Positions 8,027 through 17,977 of a stretch of DNA of 57,384 bases are shown here, in pieces. Position 1 is the stretch's first letter. Every line of letters starts with the position of its first letter. Position numbers and translations under genes: made by a program. The notes below the pieces were generated by a model. It was not told the origin of the DNA and did no database searches. It saw only the letters and a program-made list of their open reading frames with translations. Source of the stretch: Patescibacteria group bacterium (GTDB taxonomy: Bacteria > Patescibacteriota > Microgenomatia > UBA1406 > GWC2-37-13); NCBI GenBank assembly GCA_026416975.1, contig JAOAEC010000001.1, forward strand, positions 1-57,384, written 5' to 3'.

Positions 8027-9504
8027 ACTTTTTCTGTTACCTTATATTTTATCTTTTTTCCAAGCAAAAGTCGAGTATGAGCTTCAAGGGCCGGCAAGGA
8101 TGAAAGAAAGAAAGAGACAATAGGTAAAAGATACCATTGAATGATTAAAAAAGGTAAAAGTTGAGGTTTAGTTTTTTGTTTAATCTGTTTTCTTAGTTTA
8201 ATGTCTAAATAAAAATAAAAAACAAGCATTAAGGAAGAGAGAGTGAGAATTAATCCGGAAAGTTTTGGTAAGATAAATCCTAAAACGGTTTTTTTAAAAA
8301 CAGGATTGATTATTGGTGGAATAGAGGCTGATAGAGTTAAGACAAAAAAAGAGGTAGGCCATAAAAAGTGGTTTTTAGCAAGAAAAATAATTTTTTTAAA
8401 TTTTGTCCAAAAGTTAACTCTATTGTCAGTAAAAAGTTTTTTTAAAGAATAACCAACATCAGAAACTCCCCAGGCCCAGCGTTTTTCTTGTTGATAACGA
8501 TTAAAAAGGGTTTTTAAAAGATTGCCGCTGTAAACAGCATCACTATTAATAATTGTGTAAAGAGGGATAGTTTTTACTTTATTTCCAAAAGCAAAAAAGG
8601 CTTGTAGATAAATATGCCAATCTTCCGGAATAATATCAACATCCCAATAATTTATTTTTTTTAAAAGCCAAAACGAGGTGGAATAGGTAGATATTTGAAT
8701 AAGGTTTTGTTTTTGTTCGAGAAAAGCTAAACGCAAAATTGAGGAAAGAGTAGCTTGAATTCTGACAAAAATTGGCAGTTGCCAAAAGTTGTTATACAAA
8801 ATTACCGGTGCCCAATAAAAATGAAACCTTCTCGTTTTGTCTTTAAGATAAGTATAAGTAAGATAGGAAAAATAATTTTTTGAAAAATGACTATCGGCGT
8901 CGGCGATAGTGATAATAATATCATCTAAAGACCAACTATTTTTTTTAATAAATTTTTCTAAAATTTTAGCTGCATAGGTTTGATTGCTTGCTTTTCCTTC
9001 TTCTTCTCCAACAACTAATTGATGAAAAGAGGCAATAATTTTTTTAAAAAAGCGTTGATACTTTTTTTTTAGATAAAAACTTTTTTTCTTGGCTTCTTTT
9101 TCTCTTTTTTCAAAAGCCAAAACCAAATATAAGTTTTTTTTATAAGTATAATCATTATTAATCAAAGAATTAATAGTTGATTCAAGTTTAGTTAATGGTT
9201 CTTTGTAATTGGGAATAATAATAAAATGTTTTATTTCTTTGGCTTTTTTTAAAAAAGAAAGTTTTTTAGCAAAGTTTATTTTGCTAAAATAAAGAAGTTT
9301 TTTATAGGATGAAACCGCCATATAAACTGTTTGAATGGATTTATAAAAAAAATAAAGATCAAAGGTGATAATAAAATAGGCAACTACGGCTGGATGAAAA
9401 GGAGAAAGCCAAAAAGGAATGGTAATAAAAACCCAACTGAGAAAAGGAACAAAACCGTCAATAATTCGCTGAAATATTTTTGTTTGGATTATTTTTTCTT
9501 TCAT
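8023..9504 (-). CDS. Membrane GT2 family glycosyltransferase
   Basis: PNYKE, DAD, PED, QEKRWAWG; start moved to MKEK (ATG 9504, TATAAT 7 nt upstream). Confidence 0.87.
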   Translation of the reverse strand: MKEKIIQTKIFQRIIDGFVPFLSWVFITIPFWLSPFHPAVVAYFIITFDLYFFYKSIQTVYMAVSSYKKLLYFSKINFAKKLSFLKKAKEIKHFIIIPNYKEPLTKLESTINSLINNDYTYKKNLYLVLAFEKREKEAKKKSFYLKKKYQRFFKKIIASFHQLVVGEEEGKASNQTYAAKILEKFIKKNSWSLDDIIITIADADSHFSKNYFSYLTYTYLKDKTRRFHFYWAPVILYNNFWQLPIFVRIQATLSSILRLAFLEQKQNLIQISTYSTSFWLLKKINYWDVDIIPEDWHIYLQAFFAFGNKVKTIPLYTIINSDAVYSGNLLKTLFNRYQQEKRWAWGVSDVGYSLKKLFTDNRVNFWTKFKKIIFLAKNHFLWPTSFFVLTLSASIPPIINPVFKKTVLGFILPKLSGLILTLSSLMLVFYFYLDIKLRKQIKQKTKPQLLPFLIIQWYLLPIVSFFLSSLPALEAHTRLLLGKKIKYKVTEKV

Positions 9505-9530
9505 TAGAGAAATTATACTATGAGAATAAG

Positions 9531-12446
9531 TTATTGCCAAGCTTCGCAGATAATTCTAAAAGGGCAAAAATCACACCAACGACCAGGATTAGCAATAAAT
9601 TTCTCTTGGCGAATTTTTTCTACAGTTTCTATAATCTCTTTTTTTAAATTTTTAATATCTTCCTCATTTTTTTTAAAAGTAACTTTATTATTAGTTTGGA
9701 GAAAATAAAAACTAAGTTCAATCTGAGAAGGTTTTTTATTAAAAAGTTTTTTATCGGTAGCGGCTAAAGCGTATAAAGAGAGTTGAAGATCTTTTTTTAA
9801 TTCTTTTTCTGATGGTTGTTTACCGGTTTTGTAATCAATAATTTCAATTTTTCCTTTATTTTTTTGATCAACTCGATCAATTTTTCCGCTAATAATAATT
9901 CCTTGATCTAAATTAATCTTAAAAAATTTTTCCAGGGCAATAATTTTTAAATTTTCTTGATGATGGTTTTTGAAAAAATTAATTAAAATTTTTTCTCCTT
10001 CTTTTTTCATTCTTTTTTGATGAGCTAAGGAACTGTAGCCAACCGGTACCCAGTTTTTTTGATAAATTTCTAATAAATCATTTAAGTTAATTTTTTTATT
10101 TTTTAAGAATTCTTTATAAAAGAGATAAAGAGTTTTATGAATTGTTTCACCAAAGGAAAGTTGTCCCTGAGGAAGGGTGGGAATTTTTAAAACATATTGG
10201 TATTTATATTGAAGAGGACAGGTGTTAAAAATTTCCAGTTGGGAAAAAGAAAACTCATTAAAAATTAATTTTTTTTTGATGATTTTTTCATCGGTTTTTT
10301 TGAAATCAAAAAAAGAAAGTTTTTTTTGATTGTTTTTTTTATCATTATTGTTTATTAATGTTTTCTCTAGCGTTTTTTTTAAGGTTTCAAAAACAAATGG
10401 TGATATTCTTCTTTCTCGTTTTCCTTCTCCGTAAAACAAAGAGGAAGAAAGAAAACAAAAATCTTTGGTTCGAGTTAAGCCTACATAAAACAACCGTCTC
10501 TCTTCTTGTAAATGATAGTTTCCTTGAGGAAGGATTTCTTTAATTAATTCTTTAGGAAGAGGAATTGCCTCTTTTTTTTGATAGGTGGGAAAACGACCGG
10601 TGGTGAGATTAACTAAAAAAACCACCGGAAATTCTAATCCTTTGGCCGAGTGAACAGTTAAAAGATTAACAGCATCGTATTCAGGAATATCGGTTTGACT
10701 AACTAAAGGTGATTCACCTAACTCCAGTGACATTTCTAAATAGTCCACCACAGCAAAAACCGAAGCGTCCTCGTGTTCTTGTTCATAAGTTTTTAGTTTG
10801 TTAAAAAATTTAGAAATATTTAAGGCTATTTTTTCCTCCTTTTCAGTTTTATAATTTACTAATTGGTGAAGATAGTGAGTATCTTCTAAAAAATAATAAA
10901 GAATTTGACCGGCAGTTTCTTTTTTTATTAAGGAGAGATGACGATTAATCATTTTAAAAAAAGACAGAAGTTTTTTTCTTGACTCATTTTTGATTAGAGG
11001 TAAATGAGGTTGATAAATAGAAAAATCTTCTTGATAAAAGGTTTTGTCAAAAAAAGAGAGATAGATTTCAAGAGTTTGGAAAAGAGGTTGATTAATTTTT
11101 TTAGAAAACGATAAAAGAAGAGAGAGATCTTTTTTATCTAAGGAAAATATCTCCATTGAAAGAACTCGGAAAAGAGAAGGAGAGTCTTCGGGGTTAACCA
11201 AAACTTTTAAGTAAGCGATTAAATCTTTTACCTCTGGTTGTTTAAAAAGCATTCCCGGCCCAAAAAATTGATAAGGAATACCTTTTTGGGAAAGAGTTTG
11301 AATAAAAGGAGTAACGTGATTGTTGGCGCGTACTAAAATAGCGAAATCAGAAAATTTATAAAAAGATTTTAAGGCAAGAATTTTATTAGCGACAAATTCC
11401 GCCTCTTGTTCAACAGTTTTTGCTAGGAAAAAAGAGACCGCTTTCTTATTATTCTTTTTTTTGGCGATTAGTTTTTTTGAGATGGCTAATTTAGCTTCTA
11501 ATGTGTCTGGATCATTGTTTTTTATTAATTGATAGGCGGCATTAAGAATGGTTTGATTGGAGCGATAATTGATATTAAGATTAATTTGTTTAGCTTGAGG
11601 ATAATCTTTCATAAAAGAAAGAATATTTGAAATAGATGCGCCGCGAAATTTATAGATTGATTGTGAGTCATCGCCAACCACGGTTAATCGAGGATTATTC
11701 TTTGCTGGTGAAAGAAGTTTAATTAACTCATATTGGGCGATATTGGTATCTTGAAACTCATCAACCAAAAGATATGAAAACTGTTGTTGGTATTTTTTTA
11801 AAATTGTTGGCCGTTGGCGAAAAAGTTGAAGAAGATAAAAAACCAAATCAGCAAAATCCATCAGTCCTTCTTTTATTTTTAATTTTTGATATTTTTCATA
11901 AGCGAAAGCCAGTTCTAAATATTTTTGTTTTTCCTCTTTAGTTTCTTTTTCTGATTTTAAGGTCTTTACCCATAAAATATATTGTTGAGGACTAATATCT
12001 TCATCTCTTAATCGCGAAAAATGTTGAAGAAGATCATTTAAAAATTTATGAGGGTTGCCCAAAGGTCGAAAGTAATCTAAATCAAAAAGAAAAAGATTTT
12101 GACGAAGAAAGAGAATTGCTTCAGCTTCGGTCATAAGGCGAAAGTTTGATGGTAAACCAATATGAATAGCCTCTTCTTTTAAGATTTGGTGAGCAAAGCT
12201 ATGAAAGGTTGAGATCCACATCTGAAAAAAACCCAAAGGAAGAGTTTTGTCAACCCTTTCTTCCATTTCTAAGGCGGCTTTCTCTGTGAAGGTAAGGGCT
12301 AAAATCTCCTCAGGTTTTGCTAATTGATTTTTTATTAAATGTTTAATCTTTTCCGTGATGACAAAGGTTTTTCCGGTACCGGCACCGGCAATAACAAGTA
12401 GAGGGCCTTGATGATATTCAACCGCTTGTTTTTGTTTTTGATTCAT
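9531..12446 (-). CDS. UvrD/PcrA-like helicase fused to C-terminal PD-(D/E)XK nuclease with 4 Cys
   Basis: AGAGTGKT, DEFQD, VGDDSQSIY, HSAKGLEF, EERRLFYV; CPLQY, GKIDRVD, IDYKT, CDFCPFRIIC. Confidence 0.93.
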   Translation of the reverse strand: MNQKQKQAVEYHQGPLLVIAGAGTGKTFVITEKIKHLIKNQLAKPEEILALTFTEKAALEMEERVDKTLPLGFFQMWISTFHSFAHQILKEEAIHIGLPSNFRLMTEAEAILFLRQNLFLFDLDYFRPLGNPHKFLNDLLQHFSRLRDEDISPQQYILWVKTLKSEKETKEEKQKYLELAFAYEKYQKLKIKEGLMDFADLVFYLLQLFRQRPTILKKYQQQFSYLLVDEFQDTNIAQYELIKLLSPAKNNPRLTVVGDDSQSIYKFRGASISNILSFMKDYPQAKQINLNINYRSNQTILNAAYQLIKNNDPDTLEAKLAISKKLIAKKKNNKKAVSFFLAKTVEQEAEFVANKILALKSFYKFSDFAILVRANNHVTPFIQTLSQKGIPYQFFGPGMLFKQPEVKDLIAYLKVLVNPEDSPSLFRVLSMEIFSLDKKDLSLLLSFSKKINQPLFQTLEIYLSFFDKTFYQEDFSIYQPHLPLIKNESRKKLLSFFKMINRHLSLIKKETAGQILYYFLEDTHYLHQLVNYKTEKEEKIALNISKFFNKLKTYEQEHEDASVFAVVDYLEMSLELGESPLVSQTDIPEYDAVNLLTVHSAKGLEFPVVFLVNLTTGRFPTYQKKEAIPLPKELIKEILPQGNYHLQEERRLFYVGLTRTKDFCFLSSSLFYGEGKRERRISPFVFETLKKTLEKTLINNNDKKNNQKKLSFFDFKKTDEKIIKKKLIFNEFSFSQLEIFNTCPLQYKYQYVLKIPTLPQGQLSFGETIHKTLYLFYKEFLKNKKINLNDLLEIYQKNWVPVGYSSLAHQKRMKKEGEKILINFFKNHHQENLKIIALEKFFKINLDQGIIISGKIDRVDQKNKGKIEIIDYKTGKQPSEKELKKDLQLSLYALAATDKKLFNKKPSQIELSFYFLQTNNKVTFKKNEEDIKNLKKEIIETVEKIRQEKFIANPGRWCDFCPFRIICEAWQ

Positions 12447-12448
12447 CT

Positions 12449-13330
12449 TTAAATTTTATCATTTTTATGAAGATGAATTAAGTAATTAGCAGTAAATAAA
12501 AAAAGAGAAAAAAGAATTAATAAACAAATAAGAAAAAAAACAGGAAAATATTTAAAGTTACTCAAATTTTTTTCCAGTTTAAAAGGACTAAAAATTAAGA
12601 ATAAATAAATTAAAACAAGAGAAAAGGTAATAGCATGAAATCCAACCTGAAGAGTTTTTTTAAAACCGAGTTTCTTTTTAAAAAACAGTTTATAAAGGAT
12701 AATATTTATAAAAGTAGCCAAGATTAGATAAAAAAAATTAGCCAAAAAAGAAAAGAATATCCAAAAAACAATTATTATAAAAAATATTAAAACAAGAGAG
12801 TTATTTAACTGATGAAGATTAATGATTAAATATTGAACATTTTCTTTATTAATTTTTTTATTAAAAAAACGAGAAAGGTAAGTTAAAGGAAGGACAACTA
12901 ATTGGTTATTGTTTGATTTTATAACTAAATTTTTTGAGGTTAACAGAAAAAGACTATTATATATTTTAATTTTTTGAGGTTCGGCATTTTCGTCAACCAC
13001 AAACAAAAGTTTTTTTTGGTTTTGATAATCCCACCAAGAAAAATATGGCTGATTGTAAGTGCTAAAAATATGATTATTTTCAATAAAAATAATTAAATCA
13101 TCAGGATAGTTTTTAAGGGCGTTTATAAAAGATTGGGAGATTTTATTAATTTTATTCGGAGAAATGCGCCAGATCCAAAAAGATAAAAAAATAAAATTTA
13201 ATAAAAGAATAAGAGAGATAATATATTTAAAAGAAAAGTTAAAACGGTAATGAGAAATTTTTTTATAAAACGAGCGATTAAGAAAAAAACTATTTCTTAA
13301 AACGAACAAAAAGCTCTTGACTTTTTTCAT
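12449..13330 (-). CDS. Membrane protein (DUF1189-like)
   Basis: N-terminal TM, soluble domain, three C-terminal TM helices; family call tentative. Confidence 0.55.
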   Translation of the reverse strand: MKKVKSFLFVLRNSFFLNRSFYKKISHYRFNFSFKYIISLILLLNFIFLSFWIWRISPNKINKISQSFINALKNYPDDLIIFIENNHIFSTYNQPYFSWWDYQNQKKLLFVVDENAEPQKIKIYNSLFLLTSKNLVIKSNNNQLVVLPLTYLSRFFNKKINKENVQYLIINLHQLNNSLVLIFFIIIVFWIFFSFLANFFYLILATFINIILYKLFFKKKLGFKKTLQVGFHAITFSLVLIYLFLIFSPFKLEKNLSNFKYFPVFFLICLLILFSLFLFTANYLIHLHKNDKI

Positions 13331-13428
13331 TATACGATTTATGATAATAAAGAGGCTTAATAAAAGTCAAGATAATTTTTTATTATTTTTTATTATTTTT
13401 TATTTATTAGTTTAATTTTTTTAATTAT

Positions 13429-14613
13429 ATGGCAGAAGGAGTATTTCAAAGAACAAAACCCCATTTAAATATTGGGACTATTGGTCATGTTGATCATGGA
13501 AAAACAACTTTGACTTCAGCTATTCATTATGTGTTATCAAAAAAAGGAATGGCAAAATTTTTAAAATATGAGGAGATTGATAAGGCTCCGGAGGAAAAAG
13601 CTCGTGGAGTTACTATTAACCTTCATCATTCCGAATATGAGACTGAAAAAAGACACTATGCTCATATTGATGCTCCAGGTCATGCCGATTACATTAAAAA
13701 TATGATTACTGGAGCGGCTCAGATGGATGGTGCTATCTTAGTGGTTTCTGCTCCGGATGGGCCAATGCCTCAAACAAGAGAACATATTCTTCTAGCTAAA
13801 CAAGTAAATGTGCCGGCGATTGTTGTTTTCTTAAATAAGGTCGATATGGTTTCTGATAAAGAGATTATTGATTTAGTAGAAATGGAAGTGAGAGATTTAT
13901 TAACTAAATATGGTTTTCCTGGAGACAAAGTTCCAGTTATTAAAGGATCGGCTCTTAAAGCATTAGAAAATGATGCGGAAGCAATAAAATCAATTGAGGA
14001 ATTAATGAAAGCGGTTGATGAATATGTGCCGGAGCCAGTTAGACCAATCGATAAGCCCTTTTTAATGCCAGTAGAAGATGTTTTTACCATTCAAGGAAGA
14101 GGAACAGTAGTTACCGGAAGGGTAGAAAAAGGTGTTTTAAAAGTGAATGAAGAAGTAGAAATTGTTGGTTTAAAAGAGACAAAAAAAACAGTGGTTACTG
14201 GAATTGAGATGTTTAGAAAAACATTAGATGAAGCAAGAGCAGGAGATAATGTTGGTTTACTTTTACGAGGTATAGAGAAGAATGATGTTCAAAGAGGTCA
14301 GGTGATTGCTAAACCAGGAACAATTACTCCTCATACTGAGTTTGAGGCAGAAATATATGTTTTAACTAAAGAAGAAGGTGGACGTCACACTCCCTTTTTC
14401 AGCGGTTACCGACCTCAGTTTTATATTCGCACCACTGATGTTACTGGCGAGTTAAAATTACCAGCAGGAGTAGAGATGGTAATGCCAGGAGACAATATTA
14501 AAATTACTGGTAAATTAATCTATCCAGTAGCAATGGATGAGGGATTGAAGTTTGCTATTCGGGAAGGTGGTCATACAGTTGGTGCCGGAGTGGTAACTAA
14601 AATTATTAAATAA
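13429..14613 (+). CDS. tuf: Elongation factor Tu
   Basis: GHVDHGKTT, full-length EF-Tu sequence. Confidence 0.99.
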   Translation: MAEGVFQRTKPHLNIGTIGHVDHGKTTLTSAIHYVLSKKGMAKFLKYEEIDKAPEEKARGVTINLHHSEYETEKRHYAHIDAPGHADYIKNMITGAAQMDGAILVVSAPDGPMPQTREHILLAKQVNVPAIVVFLNKVDMVSDKEIIDLVEMEVRDLLTKYGFPGDKVPVIKGSALKALENDAEAIKSIEELMKAVDEYVPEPVRPIDKPFLMPVEDVFTIQGRGTVVTGRVEKGVLKVNEEVEIVGLKETKKTVVTGIEMFRKTLDEARAGDNVGLLLRGIEKNDVQRGQVIAKPGTITPHTEFEAEIYVLTKEEGGRHTPFFSGYRPQFYIRTTDVTGELKLPAGVEMVMPGDNIKITGKLIYPVAMDEGLKFAIREGGHTVGAGVVTKIIK

Positions 14614-14643
14614 TTCTGATAATTTTTATAGCTCTTTTATATT

Positions 14644-14952
14644 ATGCCTAAAGGAAGAATTAGGATAAGATTAAAATCATATGATCATCGGTTAATTGAT
14701 GATACCTGTCAGAAAATTGCTGATACAGCAATAAGAACAGGCGCTTCAATTGTAGGACCAATTCCTTTACCGACAAAAAAAGAGGTTTATGTAGTAAATA
14801 AGTCATCATTTACTGATAAAAATGCTCGTGATCATTTTGGTTTAAAGATTCATAAACGTTTAGTTGATATTTTAAATCCCACTAATCAAACAATTGATTC
14901 TTTAATGCATTTAGAATTACCAGTAGGAGTAGAGATTGAATTAAAAATGTAA
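14644..14952 (+). CDS. rpsJ: 30S ribosomal protein S10
   Basis: IRIRLKSYDH, GPIPLPT. Confidence 0.98.
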   Translation: MPKGRIRIRLKSYDHRLIDDTCQKIADTAIRTGASIVGPIPLPTKKEVYVVNKSSFTDKNARDHFGLKIHKRLVDILNPTNQTIDSLMHLELPVGVEIELKM

Positions 14953-14972
14953 GCTTTTCTTTTATTTTTCAA

Positions 14973-15001
14973 TTGACCAGAAGTAATTAGTATTATATAA
15001 T
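14973..15001 (+). promoter_or_regulatory. Sigma70-type promoter for the rplC operon
   Basis: TTGACC (14973-78), 17-nt spacer, TATAAT (14996-15001). Confidence 0.8.
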
Positions 15002-15011
15002 TTATCATTAC

Positions 15012-15053
15012 ATGATTTTCCATAAACAAAGGAAAAAGGAAAAGAAATTTTGA
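15012..15053 (+). other. Candidate 13-codon leader uORF MIFHKQRKKEKKF
   Basis: ATG 10 nt after the -10 box, stop 24 nt before terminator stem; translation unproven. Confidence 0.3.
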
Positions 15054-15077
15054 TTTTTCCGGATTGGAAGTTTTTTT

Positions 15078-15102
15078 AGACCCCAATCTGGGGTCTTTTT
15101 TT
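15078..15102 (+). terminator. Intrinsic terminator/attenuator hairpin directly before rplC
   Basis: AGACCCCA-ATC-TGGGGTCT followed by T6; rplC ATG 5 nt later. Confidence 0.8.
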
Positions 15103-15107
15103 GTCTT

Positions 15108-15794
15108 ATGATGGGTTTTATTTTAGGAAAAAAAATATCATCAACTCAATTATTTAATGAAAAAGGAGAGAGGATTCCAGTAACTTTTATTAATACCTCT
15201 TCCTGTTATTTGATAGGAATTAAATGGGGGGAAAAAGATAAATATTTTTCTCTTAAGTTGGGATTGGGAAAGAAAAAAAATATTAAAAAACCAGTTAAAG
15301 GCGAGTTAGAAAAAGCGGGGATAAAAACCCCGCTTCGTTTTTTAAAAGAGTTTAGGATAGAGAAGTATTTAAAAAAGATCAGTTTGATTGAAGATAAAGG
15401 TAAAAAAGGAGTGATAATAGATGAGAAAAAAATCTATATAGGAGATAAAATTAATCCGACAATCTTTTTTAAACCAGGAGATTTAGTTGATATTAGCGGT
15501 ATCTCAAAAGGGAAAGGATTTCAAGGAGTGGTTAAACGTCATCATTTTGCCGGCGGTCCACGAACTCATGGTCAATCAGACAGAGAAAGGGCACCAGGAT
15601 CTATTGGTCAGACAACAACGCCGGGAAGAGTTTATAAAGGAAAAAGAATGGCTGGTAGAATGGGTGGTGAAAGAAAAACAGTAAAAAATTTAAAGATAGT
15701 TGAGGTAAAAGAAAAGGGGATTTTAGTTAAAGGATTAGTCCCAGGAGGAAAAAATGGATTATTGGAAATAAAAACAGCCAATAATAGTTTATGA
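15108..15794 (+). CDS. rplC: 50S ribosomal protein L3
   Basis: SKGKGFQGVVKRH, THGQSDRERAPGSIG. Confidence 0.98.
   Translation: MMGFILGKKISSTQLFNEKGERIPVTFINTSSCYLIGIKWGEKDKYFSLKLGLGKKKNIKKPVKGELEKAGIKTPLRFLKEFRIEKYLKKISLIEDKGKKGVIIDEKKIYIGDKINPTIFFKPGDLVDISGISKGKGFQGVVKRHHFAGGPRTHGQSDRERAPGSIGQTTTPGRVYKGKRMAGRMGGERKTVKNLKIVEVKEKGILVKGLVPGGKNGLLEIKTANNSL
15313..15343. other. GC-rich terminator-like hairpin inside rplC
   Basis: AAGCGGGG-ATAAAAA-CCCCGCTT then CG-T6; A-run on 5' side. Confidence 0.5.
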
Positions 15795-15824
15795 TGTTAA
15801 TAATTAAATTAGATAAATCAAAAA

Positions 15825-16547
15825 ATGTCGCAGGAAAAACAAGATAAAAAAATAAAAACAGGAAAGACAAAAAGAAAAGAGATAATAGAAGAAAATAAAT
15901 TAACAATTCCTTTATATAACTTAAAAGGTGAAGAAAAAGGGAAAATTGAATTGCCAAAAGAAATTTTTGATGCGCCAGTTAATAAGGGGTTAATAGCTCA
16001 ATACGTGAGAGTTTATTTAGCTAATCAAAGAAAAGGAACTGTTTCTACCAAAACTCGATCAGAAGTAAGTGGCTCAACAAGAAAAATTTATCGACAAAAA
16101 GGAACGGGACGAGCGCGTCATGGAGATATTAAGGCGCCAATTTTTGTTGGTGGAGGTATTGCTTTTGGACCGAAACAAAGAGATTATTCTTTAAAAATTA
16201 ATAAAAAACAAAAAAGAAAAGTTTTTCTTGGAGCGTTAACTTTAAAACAAAAAGAAAAAAGTATTATTGGTTTAGACGATGAGTTTTTAAAAATTAAACT
16301 AAAAACCAAATTATTTTACGAGTTTTTAAAAAAATTAAAGTTAGAAAAAGAAAAGATCCTTTTAATTTTTTCTAAAAAAGAAAAAAACAACTTATTATTG
16401 GCAGCAAGAAATTTGTCCAATGTGGAATTATCCGCAATAAATTTACTTAATAGTTATCAAATTTTAAAAAATAAATTTATTTTAATTACCAACGAAGCAT
16501 TAACAGTTTTAAAAAATCACTTTTTGATTAAAAATGAAATTAAATGA
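15825..16547 (+). CDS. rplD: 50S ribosomal protein L4
   Basis: TKTRSEVSG, RQKGTGRARHG. Confidence 0.98.
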   Translation: MSQEKQDKKIKTGKTKRKEIIEENKLTIPLYNLKGEEKGKIELPKEIFDAPVNKGLIAQYVRVYLANQRKGTVSTKTRSEVSGSTRKIYRQKGTGRARHGDIKAPIFVGGGIAFGPKQRDYSLKINKKQKRKVFLGALTLKQKEKSIIGLDDEFLKIKLKTKLFYEFLKKLKLEKEKILLIFSKKEKNNLLLAARNLSNVELSAINLLNSYQILKNKFILITNEALTVLKNHFLIKNEIK

Positions 16548-16821
16548 GGTAATTATTAGTCCAATTTTGACAGAAAAATCAACCAGTCTTAGTCGCAAAG
16601 GTGTTTATTTATTTGAGGTTAATGGTGATGCTAATAAATTTCAAATAAAGGCGGTTTTGGAAAAAATTTACCCAGTAAAGGTGGAAGCGATTAACATAGG
16701 TTGGCGAAAAGGAAAGATAAGAAGAGTAGGAAGAAAAATGAAAATTAAAAAATTAGCATCAAAAAAAATAGCCTTTGTTAAGTTAAAAGAGGGAAAAATT
16801 GATGTTTTTCCTCAAATTTAA
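16534..16821 (+). CDS. rplW: 50S ribosomal protein L23
   Basis: PILTEKS, ANKFQIK; synteny. Confidence 0.95.
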   Translation: MKLNEVIISPILTEKSTSLSRKGVYLFEVNGDANKFQIKAVLEKIYPVKVEAINIGWRKGKIRRVGRKMKIKKLASKKIAFVKLKEGKIDVFPQI

Positions 16822-16832
16822 TTTAAATTAAT

Positions 16833-17606
16833 ATGAATAAAAAAGATAAATTAACCGATAATCAACCGGAAAAAAAATTAACCGTTATTTTAAAAAAACA
16901 TTCGGGACGAGATAATTCGGGAAAGATTTCAGTTCGTCATCAAGGCGGAAGGCAAAAAAGGTATTATCGAATAATTGATTTTAAAAGAGATAAACGAAAT
17001 ATTGAGGGAGAAGTAGTAAGGATTGAGTATGATCCTAATCGAAATGCTCGGATTGCTTTAATTAAGTATGCCGATGGTGAGAAACGTTATATTTTGCAAC
17101 CAGACAAATTAAAGATTGGCGATAAGATAACTGCCCAGGAAGAAGCGGAGATTAAGGTAGGTAATGCTTTACTTTTAAAAAATATTCCTTTGGGAGTACC
17201 AATACATAATGTTGAACTTTATTCGGGAAAAGGAGGACAACTGATTCGAGGAGCGGGAACCTATGGAGTTTTAGTCGCTAAAGAAGAAAAATATGTTCAT
17301 TTGAAACTACCATCAGGAGAGATTAGAAAGATTTTAAACAATTGTTGGGCCACTATTGGTCAGGTAGGAAATATTGATCATAAACAAGAGATTATTGGTA
17401 AGGCGGGAAGGAAAATTTTAATGGGAATTAGACCAACAGTTCGAGGAACAGCTCAGAATCCACGGAGTCATCCTCATGGTGGTGGTGAGGGAAAAGTGGG
17501 TGAAGGAATGCATCCAAAAACTCCTTGGGGTAAACCAGCCCGAGGAAAAAAAACGCGAAAAAGAAATAAGTGGAGTGATAAATTAATTATCAAAAGAAGA
17601 AAATAA
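16833..17606 (+). CDS. rplB: 50S ribosomal protein L2 (short N-terminus)
   Basis: [29 protein letters not shown]. Confidence 0.98.
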   Translation: MNKKDKLTDNQPEKKLTVILKKHSGRDNSGKISVRHQGGRQKRYYRIIDFKRDKRNIEGEVVRIEYDPNRNARIALIKYADGEKRYILQPDKLKIGDKITAQEEAEIKVGNALLLKNIPLGVPIHNVELYSGKGGQLIRGAGTYGVLVAKEEKYVHLKLPSGEIRKILNNCWATIGQVGNIDHKQEIIGKAGRKILMGIRPTVRGTAQNPRSHPHGGGEGKVGEGMHPKTPWGKPARGKKTRKRNKWSDKLIIKRRK

Positions 17607-17632
17607 TTATAATTTAAATTAAATTAAGATTT

Positions 17633-17974
17633 ATGGAGGCAAAAGCATATATTAAAAATGTAAAAATTTCGCCGAAAAAACTAAGATTTTTGTTACCGGA
17701 AGTTAAAAAACTTAAACCATTAGAAGCTTTGGATTATCTTTTTTATACTCCAAAAAAAGGGGCAAGAATTCTTTACCAAGCATTAAAATCAGCTATTGAT
17801 AATGCTAAAAAGACTTTAAAAATTAAAGAAGATTTATTAAAATTTAAAGTTTTAACAGTGGAAGAAGGTCAAAAATTAAAGAGATATCAACCAGGAGGAA
17901 GAGGAACAGTAAAACCAATTGTTAAAAGAATGTCTCATATAAAAGTTATTCTTGAATCAGAAGAAAAAAAATAA
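17633..17974 (+). CDS. rplV: 50S ribosomal protein L22
   Basis: ISPKKLR, SAIDNA, KRMSHI. Confidence 0.96.
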   Translation: MEAKAYIKNVKISPKKLRFLLPEVKKLKPLEALDYLFYTPKKGARILYQALKSAIDNAKKTLKIKEDLLKFKVLTVEEGQKLKRYQPGGRGTVKPIVKRMSHIKVILESEEKK

Positions 17975-17977
17975 ATT

